A stretch of 64,000 nt of DNA, from NCBI RefSeq assembly GCF_032191835.1, contig NC_083237.1:40300001-40364000 (forward strand), in the 5' to 3' direction. This document shows positions 12,733 through 23,348 of this stretch, piece after piece. The stretch is from Heteronotia binoei. Lineage: Eukaryota. The position numbers and the translations under genes were made by a program. The number at the start of each line of letters is the position of its first letter. The first letter of the stretch is position 1. The notes under the pieces were generated by a model. That model made no database searches, had not been told where the DNA came from, and was given only the letters and a program-made list of their open reading frames with translations.

Positions 12733-13704
12733 CTACCAGCAAACCATGATTACAGTTCCAATGTTCTTCACAAACACCTGCTTCCTGATCACCAACTTCT
12801 TCAGAGCTTCCTTAACCTCCTTGTTTCTTAGGGTATAAATTATTGGATTCAGAAGTGGGGTGACTACTGCATAAAAGACTGATGCCACTTTGTCCAGTTC
12901 AGAAGCAGTAGGGGAGATCGGCCGTACATATATAAAGATGACTGTGGCATAGTAAATGACCACCACAGTGAGGTGAGAGCCACAAGTTGAAAATGCCTTC
13001 TGCCTCCCACTGGCTGAAGGGATATGGAGAATGGTGGAGATGATGAAGGTGTAGGACACCATAGTGAGCAAACAGGTGCTGAGGATGACCATGGAGGCCA
13101 GCACTGTCACAAGTGTTGAGCTGAGAAAGGCAGCACCACATGATCGCCTCAGCAGGGGCCCAGCATCACAGAAGAAATGGTGGATTTCCTTAGGCCCACA
13201 GAATGAAAGCTGAGAAATAAGGACAATAGGAACCAAGGGGGCAAGAAATCCAGCCACCCAGGCTGCTGTCACCATCCAGGTACTTATTTGCAGAGTCATA
13301 AGTGTTGGATAATGCAGAGGACGGCAGATAGCCAAGTAGCGGTCATAGGCCATAGTTGCTAACAAGAAACATTCAGTGGAGCCCAAGGCAAAGAAAAGGT
13401 AAAGCTGGGAGATGCAGCCTGCCACAGAGATAGTACTCTCACCAACCAGGAAACTTTCTAGCATCTTGGGCACAGTGGACGTTGTGTACCAAATCTCCAT
13501 GAAGGAGAAATTACCCAGGAAGTAATACATGGGACGCTGAAGTTTATGATTTGTCTTAATGACTGAGATGATGATTACATTGGCAGTTACTGTGAGAATA
13601 TAGGTGACCAAGACTAGCATGAAGGACAGAATGCGGATCTGTGGAGAAGCAGAAAAGCCCAGGATGATAAAACCCTTTACCACAGTTCTGTTGGCCGATT
13701 CCAT
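12733..13704 (-). CDS. Olfactory receptor, class II (family 6/11-like), intact 323 aa
   Basis: ATG start, NRT site, [53 protein letters not shown] polypyrimidine tract and CAG acceptor lie at about 13718-13780. Confidence 0.95.
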   Translation of the reverse strand: MESANRTVVKGFIILGFSASPQIRILSFMLVLVTYILTVTANVIIISVIKTNHKLQRPMYYFLGNFSFMEIWYTTSTVPKMLESFLVGESTISVAGCISQLYLFFALGSTECFLLATMAYDRYLAICRPLHYPTLMTLQISTWMVTAAWVAGFLAPLVPIVLISQLSFCGPKEIHHFFCDAGPLLRRSCGAAFLSSTLVTVLASMVILSTCLLTMVSYTFIISTILHIPSASGRQKAFSTCGSHLTVVVIYYATVIFIYVRPISPTASELDKVASVFYAVVTPLLNPIIYTLRNKEVKEALKKLVIRKQVFVKNIGTVIMVCW

Positions 13705-14103
13705 ACCAACATCTTCTCTGGCCAGTGAAATTGTGAAGAAGGAGGAAAAGAAAAGGGAAGGAAAACAACATTAATATTGTCAAGCTAGTGATTAATTGGC
13801 ATGCTGTATGTCTTGTATTTGTTATAGGGACTATCTGATGGTTGATCATTAGGTGCTATTTTTGTCTGATAGATACACACTGTGAATATTCCCATCTCTC
13901 TTCTGTGTTATTGTTATCACTTTGTTCATCAAACATGTTCACAATAATGTGCTTACATCTTCACCATTTCATTTAAAACCCACAATGCTAAATTAGGCTG
14001 AAGCAGAGTGACAGACCCAAGGTTGTCCATTGAGTTTCATGGTTGAGCCGAAGTTTGAGCCCAGGTGACCCCAGACTTACAGCAATTCTGGTAACCCCTA
14101 TAC

Positions 14104-14242
14104 CAGGGGTGGCCAACGGTAGCTCTCCAGATGTTTTTTGCCTACAACTCCCATCAGCCCCAGCCATCAGCCATGCTGGCTGGGGCTGATGGGAGTTGTA
14201 GGCAGGCAAAAACATCTGGAGAGCTACCGTTGGCCACCCCTG
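14104..14242. mobile_element. Palindromic hAT MITE inserted in an older SINE fragment
   Basis: caggggtggccaacggtagctctccagatg...catctggagagctaccgttggccacccctg is an almost complete hairpin, with a perfect 8-bp TSD CCCTATAC. Confidence 0.9.
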
Positions 14243-14344
14243 CCCTATACCACGCTGGTTACCATTGGTAAGACATCCATAGGTGTGTGTGATTGGAATA
14301 ATGACCGCCAATATTTACTAGAGCGAGTCTGATTTTTTTGCAAT

Positions 14345-14430
14345 CATGAGTCTTGCAGCATATTAAAGACATACTTTAAACAATTCTAGCATGAACTTTG
14401 GTGGAAAAGAGCTCACTTCATCAGATGCAT
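14345..14430 (-). mobile_element. Penelope-like terminal fragment with decayed minimal hammerhead
   Basis: The minus strand reads GCAT-CTGATGA-agtgagctcttttccac-CAAA-GTTC-ATGC. Confidence 0.6.
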
Positions 14431-14518
14431 TTCATTTTAGGAATTTCATGTGAATGAAAAACAGAGAGGGAGAAAGAGGGAGAGAGAGAGAGAAACATTT
14501 GAAAAATGGGGAAATTTT

Positions 14519-14802
14519 AAAGGTAAATGTAGTCCCCTGTGCAAACACCAGTCGTTTCCAACTCTGGGGTGACATTGCATCATGACGTTTTCATGGCAGA
14601 CTTTTTTACGGGGTGGTTTGTCATTGCCTTCCCCAGTCATCTACACTTCCCCCACAGCAAGCTGGGTATTCATTTTACTGACCTCGGAAAGATGGAGGGC
14701 TGAGTCAACCTACCTGAACCCAGCTTCTGCCAGGATCAAACTCAGGTCGTGAACAGAGAGCTCAGACTGCAGTACTGCAGCTTCACCACTCTGCGCCACA
14801 GG
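14519..14802 (-). mobile_element. Sauria SINE (Squam1-like)
   Basis: ggtaaatgtagtcccctgtgcaaacaccagtcg...gctgggtattcattttactgacctcggaaagatgg...ctgcgccacagg. Confidence 0.85.
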
Positions 14803-15388
14803 AAAAATTTACAAAACAGCAAAATAAGACTGAACAGACAAGAAATATAACAATATGTTTTCAAATTAGGGATTGGAGCAATGCAAGTAGACAACAAAGA
14901 ACAAATGTATGCTTTATCTAAAAGATTTCATGCTTTATGCAGCAGTTGTGCCTGCTATAGATGTTCAAAGTCACTCAAGTATTCCCCATATAAAATATTT
15001 AATGTGAAAGGGGTGGATGCATTTTCCAAAAACACTTGAGCAGACACCCTAAGGAATCTACTGTCTTTTTTTTTTTCTTGATGTGCACTGTGAATGTGCA
15101 TTGGGGCTGTTAGATCACAACTAATCCACAAATGTTTTCTCAGATTTCAGCCTTTTAATACACAAATCAAATATAAAGTATGAACTTGGAAGAAAAAAAA
15201 GGCTTTTTAAAGGCTTTTTGAATTAAATGTATCCTGTCTATCTTATATATTGCAGAGTATTAAGATTTTTTTGTACCTTCATACCATCTCTGTCTCCTAG
15301 TACAGCTGTGTTTTCACAACCACTTTAAAGAATAAGTTAGAGTAAAGGGAAGGTCCATTATGATATCTTATGAAAATAATATAATATG

Positions 15389-15560
15389 CAGTGTTCCCTC
15401 TAAGCTGAGTTAGCATGAGGTAGCTCACAGATTTTTGTCTTAGCTCAGGAAAGATGACCCCAGAGCACAATAATTGATGCAGTAGCTCACAATTTTAATG
15501 CCAGCAGCTCACAAAGTAGAATTTTTGCTCACAAGACTCTTCATCTTAGAGGGAACATTG
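15389..15560. mobile_element. hAT MITE
   Basis: TIRs CAGTGTTCCCTCTAAG / CTTAGAGGGAACATTG, 8-bp TSD ataatatg/atcatatg. Confidence 0.85.
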
Positions 15561-15889
15561 ATCATATGTGCAGCTTTGTGGGAAAAACTGCTTGAAAGCA
15601 TATAAAGTAAGCCCTTGTAGAGCAACTGATTGACTCATGCAGTTGCTTCTATGACTTTTCATTATAATGAGGGAGGAAGAGAGGAAGGGGCATATCTATC
15701 AACAGAGCCTTGCTTTTTATTTTACTTTGAATAATAGGATACATCCTCTTTCACTTACTATACTAAAAAAAAAAATCCACCCCCCCCCTTGTGCTTTAGA
15801 AGTTATTTTTTAATGTGCATGCAAATGAAAGAAGATGGTTGAACACTGAAGAGCTATGCTGTATCAGGCAACCAAAGAGTTTTCCAGAT

Positions 15890-16065
15890 AGATCCAGGTG
15901 GGCAACCATGTTGGTCTGAAGCAGTGGGACAAAGCAGAAGTCAAGTAGCACCTTTAAGACCAACAAACTTTTATTCAGAATGTAATGCATGCACATGAAA
16001 ACTTACATTCTGAATAAAAGTTTGTGGATCTTAAAGGTGCTACTTGACTTTTTGCTTTGTTCTAA
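15890..16065. repeat. Inverted pair of Penelope-like termini forming a hairpin
   Basis: Arms 15931-15985 and 16003-16058 are near-perfect reverse complements with a 17-nt loop. The sequence belongs to the same family as 1085-1201. Confidence 0.75.
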
Positions 16066-16134
16066 AGATCTGTCCAGTTCAGCATCCAGTTTCTTACAGA
16101 CGCCAGCCAAATGCTTCAGTTTATGATACAGGGC

Positions 16135-16352
16135 ATTTATTTATTTGCTTCCTTTATACCCTGCCTTTCTCCACCCAAAGGGACTTATATCATTATCCTC
16201 CTCTCCATTTTATCCTTACAACAACTCTGTGGGATACCTTAGACTGAGAATATGTAGCTAGCCAAGGTCACCAGCAAGCTTCCATGGCAGTGTGGGGAAC
16301 TGAACCTGGGTCGCCCAGATCTTCATCTGACATTTTAACCACTATATCACTC
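16135..16352 (-). mobile_element. Older tRNA-derived SINE (MIR/Squam3-like)
   Basis: Reverse-complement A/B boxes (ttaaccactat, tgaacctggg), core ccttacaacaactctgtg and an AT-rich tail. Confidence 0.6.
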
Positions 16353-16956
16353 TTTACTCATCACTATGTTCAGCTATTCAGAGCTACATGGCTATTGAAC
16401 ACACATGTTCCATTTAGCTCTAATAACTAATGGATCTATTTTTCATGATTTTTTTTCAAACGCCATTTTAAAGGCATTTACATTATGGCCCATCATATCT
16501 CATGGTAGTGAATTTCATAAGACAGTGGTATATTGGGTAAACATTTTATCTCTTTTTAATCTATATAAATTGCAGGTTTTTTAAGTATACCATTCATCCT
16601 AGTCGATTTGTTTTGTTTTTTTAATTAAAAAATAGTTCTCAAACTCTTAGCCTTTTCTTTGTAAAGGAAGTGTTCCAGCACCTTGATCCATGAGAGCCAA
16701 ACCAATTTCCCACTAGCCTTATGCTGCTTTCACTCTGCTCTTCTCAGCGGGGATTCTGTCAGATTTCACACTGTCTTCCCCAGAGCTGCAACTTCCTCCA
16801 CCTTTAGATCCTCTAAAAACTAGTTTCTGTTTGCTGCATGAAAAAGGAGAAGCTAGTTGCAGCCCTGGGTCAGATAGTGTGAAATCCAACAGAAGACCTG
16901 CTGAGAAGAGGAGTGTGAAAGCATGCATAAGGCTAGTGAGAAACTGGTCACATTAG

Positions 16957-17178
16957 CGCTTAAGAGCAGTGGACACTAATCTGGAGAACTAGGTTTTATT
17001 CTTCACTCCTTCACATGAAGCCTGCAGGAGACCTTGGGCCAGTCACAGTTCTCTAAGATTTCTTTCATTCCCACCTGCCTCACAAGGTGTCTGTTGTGGG
17101 GAGAGGAAGGAAAAGTGATTGTAAGCCACTTAAAAAGTAGAGAAAAGTGGAGTATTGAAACCAACTCTTCTTATTCTT
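16957..17178 (+). mobile_element. tRNA-derived SINE (Squam3-like)
   Basis: taagagcagtggacactaatctggagaactaggttt...cacaaggtgtctgttgtggggagagg, with a (TTC)-like tail. Confidence 0.75.
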
Positions 17179-18454
17179 CATTCTTGTAGTTGCCCTTTTC
17201 TAACACTGCTCAACTCTGAACATTCATTTGTATGTGTTATGTTTATTTAAATAATAAAACAGTATATATAATGAAACTTGATATTGAAGATTAATGTGTT
17301 ATCATTAAATACACACTCTCACACACAAACATACATACATAGTCACCTTCAGAAGAGAGTAAACATCCTTGGGATGCAAAAATAATGCAATCCAGGTGCC
17401 AATCACTAGATTAGTATTATGATTTCAACAGCAAAATCCTTAAAGAAATAGTCTGATATAGCTTGCTGTTGAAGTTCTAATTTCCAAATGCTTCATAAAA
17501 TCATTACATTTTTGGCAAACAATTCCAAAGGTGGTCTACCTGTTTGCCCACTTACTCTTATCTCTTTTTATTGCCTTCTTTTCTTAAACCTAAAATTTCT
17601 CAGCATGATGCTGATTTCTTACAATCCAAGCCATAGAAAATGTGCAGCATTATTTGCTGCTGCTATTTCAACTGAATCTTTCTGCACACGGGAGACCTAA
17701 CCCATATTCCAGAGCAAAAACCTGTGGGATATGTTCACTAACAATCAATTATTTAAACACACCTTGTGCATCTGTGGGAGTTTTCTATCCTCAAGTCATA
17801 AATCTGCTTTATCTAGCTTGAAGAGATGTGACTCAAATACTCAAAACAGCAGACAGGAACAATGCTGAAGTCATTAATTCCTCTTGGGATCTTGTCTTCT
17901 CCCAGATATGATCCTTGGACTGATTTTCAGTGTTCATGTTTTTAAAAGTTAATCTCTGTTACTTTTATTTATAACTCTCTAAGGGAAAGCATATGGACAG
18001 TATTCTATTCAATTGTTCACTGAAATTGGACAAATATAATGTTGAGGACTGGATACCCTGTTCTACATCCTCTTATGTACCAGGGCTTAAATGCTCCAAA
18101 GCAGTGGGCCTTTTTGTTTGAGAAAATGGTGTAAGAGCATAAAGCATATGCCCTTCATGATTCAATTGTTCCATTTCATGTTTTGCCCCTCAGCTGATTT
18201 TTGCTACTAATTTATTTACCGGAGGTTCTACTCATTCATCCCCAACATCCTGTGTAGTTTTCCTCTGGGAGGCAAATCTGCAAAGCTTCTTTCCAAATGG
18301 GTGAATGGCTTAAGATATATCTGAGAAGCTCTACACTCAAATTATAAATTGTAAAATTATATATTAGCTATATCTGGTAGATCAGACATACCAAGTTGCC
18401 TTAGGTTCTGGGTGTTCTCCATTCCAAGAAACATGAAGGGACTTTAGTATTTTT

Positions 18455-18669
18455 GCAAGCCTCCAGGTAGGACCTGGAGATCTTCCACTTTTACAACTTA
18501 TCTCCAGCTGGCAGAGAACAGCTCCCCTGGAGAAAATGGCATCTTTGAAAGGTGAACTCTATGGCATTGTACCATGCTGAGGCCCCTCCCTTCCTCAAAC
18601 CCTACCGTCTCCTGGATCCACCACCCAAAGTCTCCAGGTATTTAACAACACAGACTTGGCAACTCTAGA
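18455..18669. mobile_element. hAT MITE fragment (TAGGGTTGCC-type TIR family)
   Basis: ccaggtaggacctggagatc...cccctggagaaaatggc...ttggcaactcta. Paralogous to 24100-24300, 31050-31250 and 57603-58205. Confidence 0.65.
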
Positions 18670-18783
18670 TTTTAGATTCAAGAGTGGCATGAAGTGGGGG
18701 ATTTTGGTGATATCTTTTTCCCTCCTATGATTGAGATGGAGAAATTGTTGCTGATATTTCAACACAGGTAAGGGAAATAAGAT

Positions 18784-19532
18784 GGATGTAAGACCAAGAA
18801 AATTTGGCCCCGCCCCAGCCGCAAAAGCGGCTGTGCGCCCTGGGGTTGCTTTTTGCAGCCCCGGCAGGATGCAGAGGCCTCGTTCCCGGGCATCTGGGTG
18901 TTCTTGTTGGGCGGGGCTGGGGCTATAAATAGCCTCACCCCGCCTCTCCCTGTGCAATTCCAGGGAGCTTTTGGCCCACCCACCCACCCTGCAGTAGTAC
19001 AGGTTTCCACTGGTCACCTTATTAGGGGCCAGGTAGGAATTTTTTCACTCTCACCTAATTGGCCACTGGTGGGGTGTTTTTCGCCTACCTTGTACTGCAA
19101 GTAGTGGTGTGGCAGTTAGGGAGGTAGGTAATTTGGTCACTTGGCGGAATGAGCAAGGGGTTTAGACCTTACCGGTGAGCACCCAGGCCTAGCACCTGTG
19201 TTGTGCAGGCAATCCATAGGAAAGGCAGATGGGTTTTACGGCTCAATGTCATGGAATACGGATTGGATTTCATGCCTCCCCTTGGTCGCCTCCTTCTGGT
19301 GATAGCGGCAGGGGTAAGGGGAGGGCATGTGTGGTCTGCCGGCCTGGTTCTAGCCACATTAGTATGGCTAGGCTGGGGGCAGGGTGGCTCGCCCTTTCAT
19401 AGGACTTGGCGGGGTCAGGAGAAGATCTCAGGGCTCGTCCTATTGCTGTTACCTTGCCATGTTGAGTTGTAGTTAATAAAGTGGCCTGTTTTTCCCAACA
19501 TTCTTGTCTGCCTCTTTATTCCAATGGGGATG
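18784..19532 (+). mobile_element. Solo terminal-repeat-like element (probable DIRS/Ngaro or LTR remnant)
   Basis: About 750 bp GC-rich block with GC boxes, TATAAAT (18924-18930) and AATAAA (19475-19480), bounded by GGATG direct repeats. No ORF of known type. Confidence 0.55.
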
Positions 19533-20529
19533 CAATTAATAGCGCAATCCTAACCCTTCTAACCCCATTGAAGTAAATTGATTTAGCATGATGTAATTTT
19601 GTTTTGGATTGCACTGTAAATCCATCATGTGTTTCTTTGTACAGATGCATATTACTTAAAAATGTATACCATACTTATTTTGTGTGTTTGTAGATATGTA
19701 CATCCAGGCCTCATTTTGGGCAGGAGCGATGCTCTGGAACCTCTAAATTTATTTTGCTCTTTCTCCCCACCCCCCCACCCCTAAAAAAATGCTTCTGGGC
19801 TCCATTGTTCAAACCCCGCTCAGAAAATTTTGCTGAACTGTAAGATTTGACAAAGTTTCTAGTATTTCCCCCACCCACACACACACACACAAAATATGTG
19901 AAAATAACCAATATATATATAAAGCAGACATATGGTAATTTTCATCATGCCACCAAGGCCACATAGGAGAAATTAATTTAAAAAGTATGATGAGAGTAAG
20001 GTTTTATTATGACAATTATAATTCAAGAAGTATTTTAAGGTAGATGCTGAGCTGATATAATTTAGTACATCTTCCAGTGTTGTCAGGGGTGTATGGCATA
20101 TGCAAATGAACTCATAACTATGCAAATAAGTTGTGCTGATGTGCCCCTGCATCCCTTTTTCTATGGAATGACCCCTGTGTACATCTAAATACATATATTT
20201 ACGTGCTAAACATGGTAGGCAAGTGGTACTGGGTTACTGGTGGAGGTTTTTTTTTTTTTAAAGCCCCAAGAGAGAGTAGTTTGGAGCATAGAATCAGAGG
20301 AGAAGAGGCACTTAAATCTTCCCTTCTCACTATTTTCCTGCTCCTCAGCTGGATTTCTCCCATCAATTGGTTTAGAATTTCTATCACATCTCAAAAACAT
20401 TCCTTCCATATCTCCTGCAAGAACAAATGCACATTTTAAACAATGGGAAGAAGACTGCTAATGGAAGACATCAAATTATGAAAAACTTGGCTCTAGTTCA
20501 AGAATATGAGATTTTGTTTTTTACTACAC

Positions 20530-20720
20530 TTTTTGTAGAAAAAGCCCAGCTGGAACTCATTTGCATTTTAGGCCACACACCCTGATGTCACAGTTGTTTT
20601 TCACAGGGCTTTTTTGTAGAAAAAGCCCAGCAGGAACTCATTTGCATATTCATTCACACACTCTGATGCCAAGTCAAACAGAACTGCATTTCTGTGCTTT
20701 CCTGCTCAAAAAGCCCCCCG
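20530..20720. mobile_element. hAT MITE remnants with a tandemly duplicated left end
   Basis: ctttttgtagaaaaagcccagc(t/a)ggaactcatttgcat occurs twice. TIR type CAGGGCTTTTT...AAAAAGCCC. Confidence 0.55.
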
Positions 20721-20740
20721 GTGCTGCAATGCTAGAAAAT

Positions 20741-21053
20741 AGGAAAGGAAAGGAAAGGAAAGTTCCCCTGTGCAAGCATCAGTTGTTTTTGACTCTGGGG
20801 TGACGTTGCTTTCACAATGTTTTCACGGCAGACTTTTTACGGGGTGGTTTGCCATTGCCGTCCCCAGTCTTTTACACTTTCCCCCCAGCAAGCTGGGTAC
20901 TCATTTTACCAACCTCGGAAGGATGGAAGGCTGAGTCAACCTTGGGCCGGCTACCTGAACCAGCTTTCACTTTGATAGAACTCAGGTCGTAAGCAGAGAG
21001 TTCAGATCACAGTACTGCAGTACTGCTGCTTTACCACTCTGTGCCACAGGGCG
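20741..21053 (-). mobile_element. Sauria SINE (Squam1-like) with (TTTCC)n tail
   Basis: Same family as 14519-14802. (GGAAA)n at 20741-20760 is the tail on the minus strand. Confidence 0.85.
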
Positions 21054-21875
21054 CTATGCTGGGAAATAAGGACCTACCAAATTGCTGTGGTCAAACCAAA
21101 TAGCTGTGTTGTTGAGCCACACCAAATTGCTGTGGTCAAACATACAGTATGACTCACAAAGTAAATATCGATTGTAGATCGCCATTTCATATAGGGAAAA
21201 TGGTCCATGAAAAGGCTGATCTCCCTCCCCCCTATATTTTTCTAATGATTTCATACGCTTGGTATGAAAGAAGCTTGGGAGCTTTCGGTCATGGAACTCC
21301 CAGAGTCACATGCACTTGGGCCCTTTCTCCGCTTTTCAAAAGCATCACTTTTTTAATACTTTCCACATACTATTGCTTAAATACAACTCTAGGTGGGATC
21401 ACAAAGTGGCCTCTTACATTCAGATTTCAAAATATTGCTATTTTCAGATTTAAAAATAAAACTGTAGACCATTTGCAGTGCTTCTAGTAACATGAATACC
21501 AGAGGGAAGGGAAAGTAAATTGGCTACAGTACCATATCTATGGCTCAATCAAGGAAATGAACACAATTCAATTGATAACACCCATCTCTAAATACATGTA
21601 AGCTATGTTGTCCACAGGAAGGAAAAGCATTTTATACAGAGCACAAGTAAGCAGTTTGTAGTATTTTCAAACAGCCTGAGAAATTTGGATATGCATAATA
21701 CTACCATGCAATTGTTCTTCTTCAATTCACAGCTGATCTATGGTGACCCCAAAGGGTTTTCAAGCCAAGATATGTTCAGAGGTAGTTTCCCATTGCCTGT
21801 CACTGCAAATTTCCCCACAATCCTGAAAACATAGCACCTTATCTGTTGCACAGATGTGATAAAGGTCATACAACA

Positions 21876-22820
21876 TTAGTCTATTTGTCTTGAAGAAGGC
21901 CCATTAATGGTTTTTCGAAGGGCATCCTTGAACTCCTGATTCCTCATGCAATATATGACTGGGTTAAGAAGTGGTGTTAGAACTGTATAGAGAACAGAAA
22001 CAAGCTTGTTGGCGTTAACGTTAGTAAGAGCCCTTGGTCGAACATAGATGAAAACGGTGGCAGCAAAGAAAATGGTGACTACCAAAAGATGTGAGGCACA
22101 GGTGGAAAAGGCCTTTCGCTTCCCTTTGGCTGAAGGAATATGCAAGACAGTAGAGATAATGCAGGTATAAGAGGTGATTGTTACAATGAGTGGACCAATG
22201 ATAATAAGCAAGGCCAGCAGGAAGTCAATGAGTTCAGCCAATGACAAGTCAGTGCAGGCTAGATTGAGAAGTGGGGAGACATCACAGAAGAAGTGGTTGA
22301 CAACGTTGGGTCCACAGTAGCTCAAGCGTGAGATGAAGAAGGTCTTTCCTGTTGCTACAAAAAATCCACTTAACCATGAACCGATTGCTAAACGGATACA
22401 GAAATCTTGACTCATTATGGCAGGATAACGCAAAGGGCTACAGATGGCAACATAGCGGTCATAAGCCATAACTGTTAGGAGGGCACACTCTGTGCATGCC
22501 AGAACCAGAAAGAAGAAGAGCTGGGCCATGCAGCCTGTAAAGGAAATATCCATCTTCTGTGTAACAAAGCCTGAAAGCATCTTGGGGACAGTGACTGAGA
22601 CATACCAGATCTCCAGGAAAGAAAAATTTCCCAGGAATATATACATAGGTTTATGAAGCTTGATGTTCACCCAGATTAGTACAATGATGATCAAATTCTC
22701 CAACACTGTTAGGGTGTAGGAAACCAGAAAAAGTGTGAATAAAAAGTGCTGCAGTTTTAAACTTCCTGGAAACCCCACCAAAATGAAAACTGTCACATGT
22801 GACTGGTTTGCCAGGTGCAT
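21876..22820 (-). CDS. Olfactory receptor OR-A, family 6 (OR6B-like), intact 314 aa
   Basis: NQS site, [60 protein letters not shown]. Acceptor cttttcag at about 22848. Confidence 0.95.
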   Translation of the reverse strand: MHLANQSHVTVFILVGFPGSLKLQHFLFTLFLVSYTLTVLENLIIIVLIWVNIKLHKPMYIFLGNFSFLEIWYVSVTVPKMLSGFVTQKMDISFTGCMAQLFFFLVLACTECALLTVMAYDRYVAICSPLRYPAIMSQDFCIRLAIGSWLSGFFVATGKTFFISRLSYCGPNVVNHFFCDVSPLLNLACTDLSLAELIDFLLALLIIIGPLIVTITSYTCIISTVLHIPSAKGKRKAFSTCASHLLVVTIFFAATVFIYVRPRALTNVNANKLVSVLYTVLTPLLNPVIYCMRNQEFKDALRKTINGPSSRQID

Positions 22821-23143
22821 CTTGGATAACTTACTGATGTTGCAGAACTGAAAAGAATATTCAAAGGGAAGATATTATAACCCTATCCATATTGAATGTT
22901 CAAAATCAAACAACATTCTAAATCAAATGCTATATAAAATTATAGCCAATTGTATGTTTATTAAGAAGCCCAGTTTTTGTAACATCTCATTTTTAAAAAA
23001 ATTAGGCCTACATTGAAAGGTGAAAAGCTGTGTAAGTATGTCAACCAGAACAATATAAATAGGATTCAGAATTTTCTTCATCCAAATTCCTCTGCAGATT
23101 TGGAATTCCTAATTGCTCCAATTGTTTCTGAAGTGAAAAACTT

Positions 23144-23285
23144 TAGGAATTCCAATTGTTCTGCTTTTGTATGGAGAATTTTGCAGTTTCTGCTGAAGAG
23201 GGGCGTCGCTGCCGATTAAGGTCAGTGCGAAAACGCCCTAGGAATTCCAATTGTTCTGCTTTTGTACAGAGAATTTTGCAGTTTC
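23144..23285. mobile_element. Remnant of a PIF/Harbinger MITE (right arm only) between duplicated 47-bp flanks
   Basis: 23192-23238 equals the right end of the MITE at 29184-29469. 23144-23190 and 23239-23285 are direct copies of the flank. Confidence 0.8.
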
Positions 23286-23306
23286 CTTTTATGATCCACA
23301 TATTTT

Positions 23307-23348
23307 CCCATCCATCCATCCAACCATCCGTCCATCCATTCATCCATC
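23307..23348 (+). repeat. (CCAT)n microsatellite, paralogous copy at about 29540-29580
   Basis: ccatccatccatccaaccatccgtccatccattcatccatcc. Confidence 0.85.
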
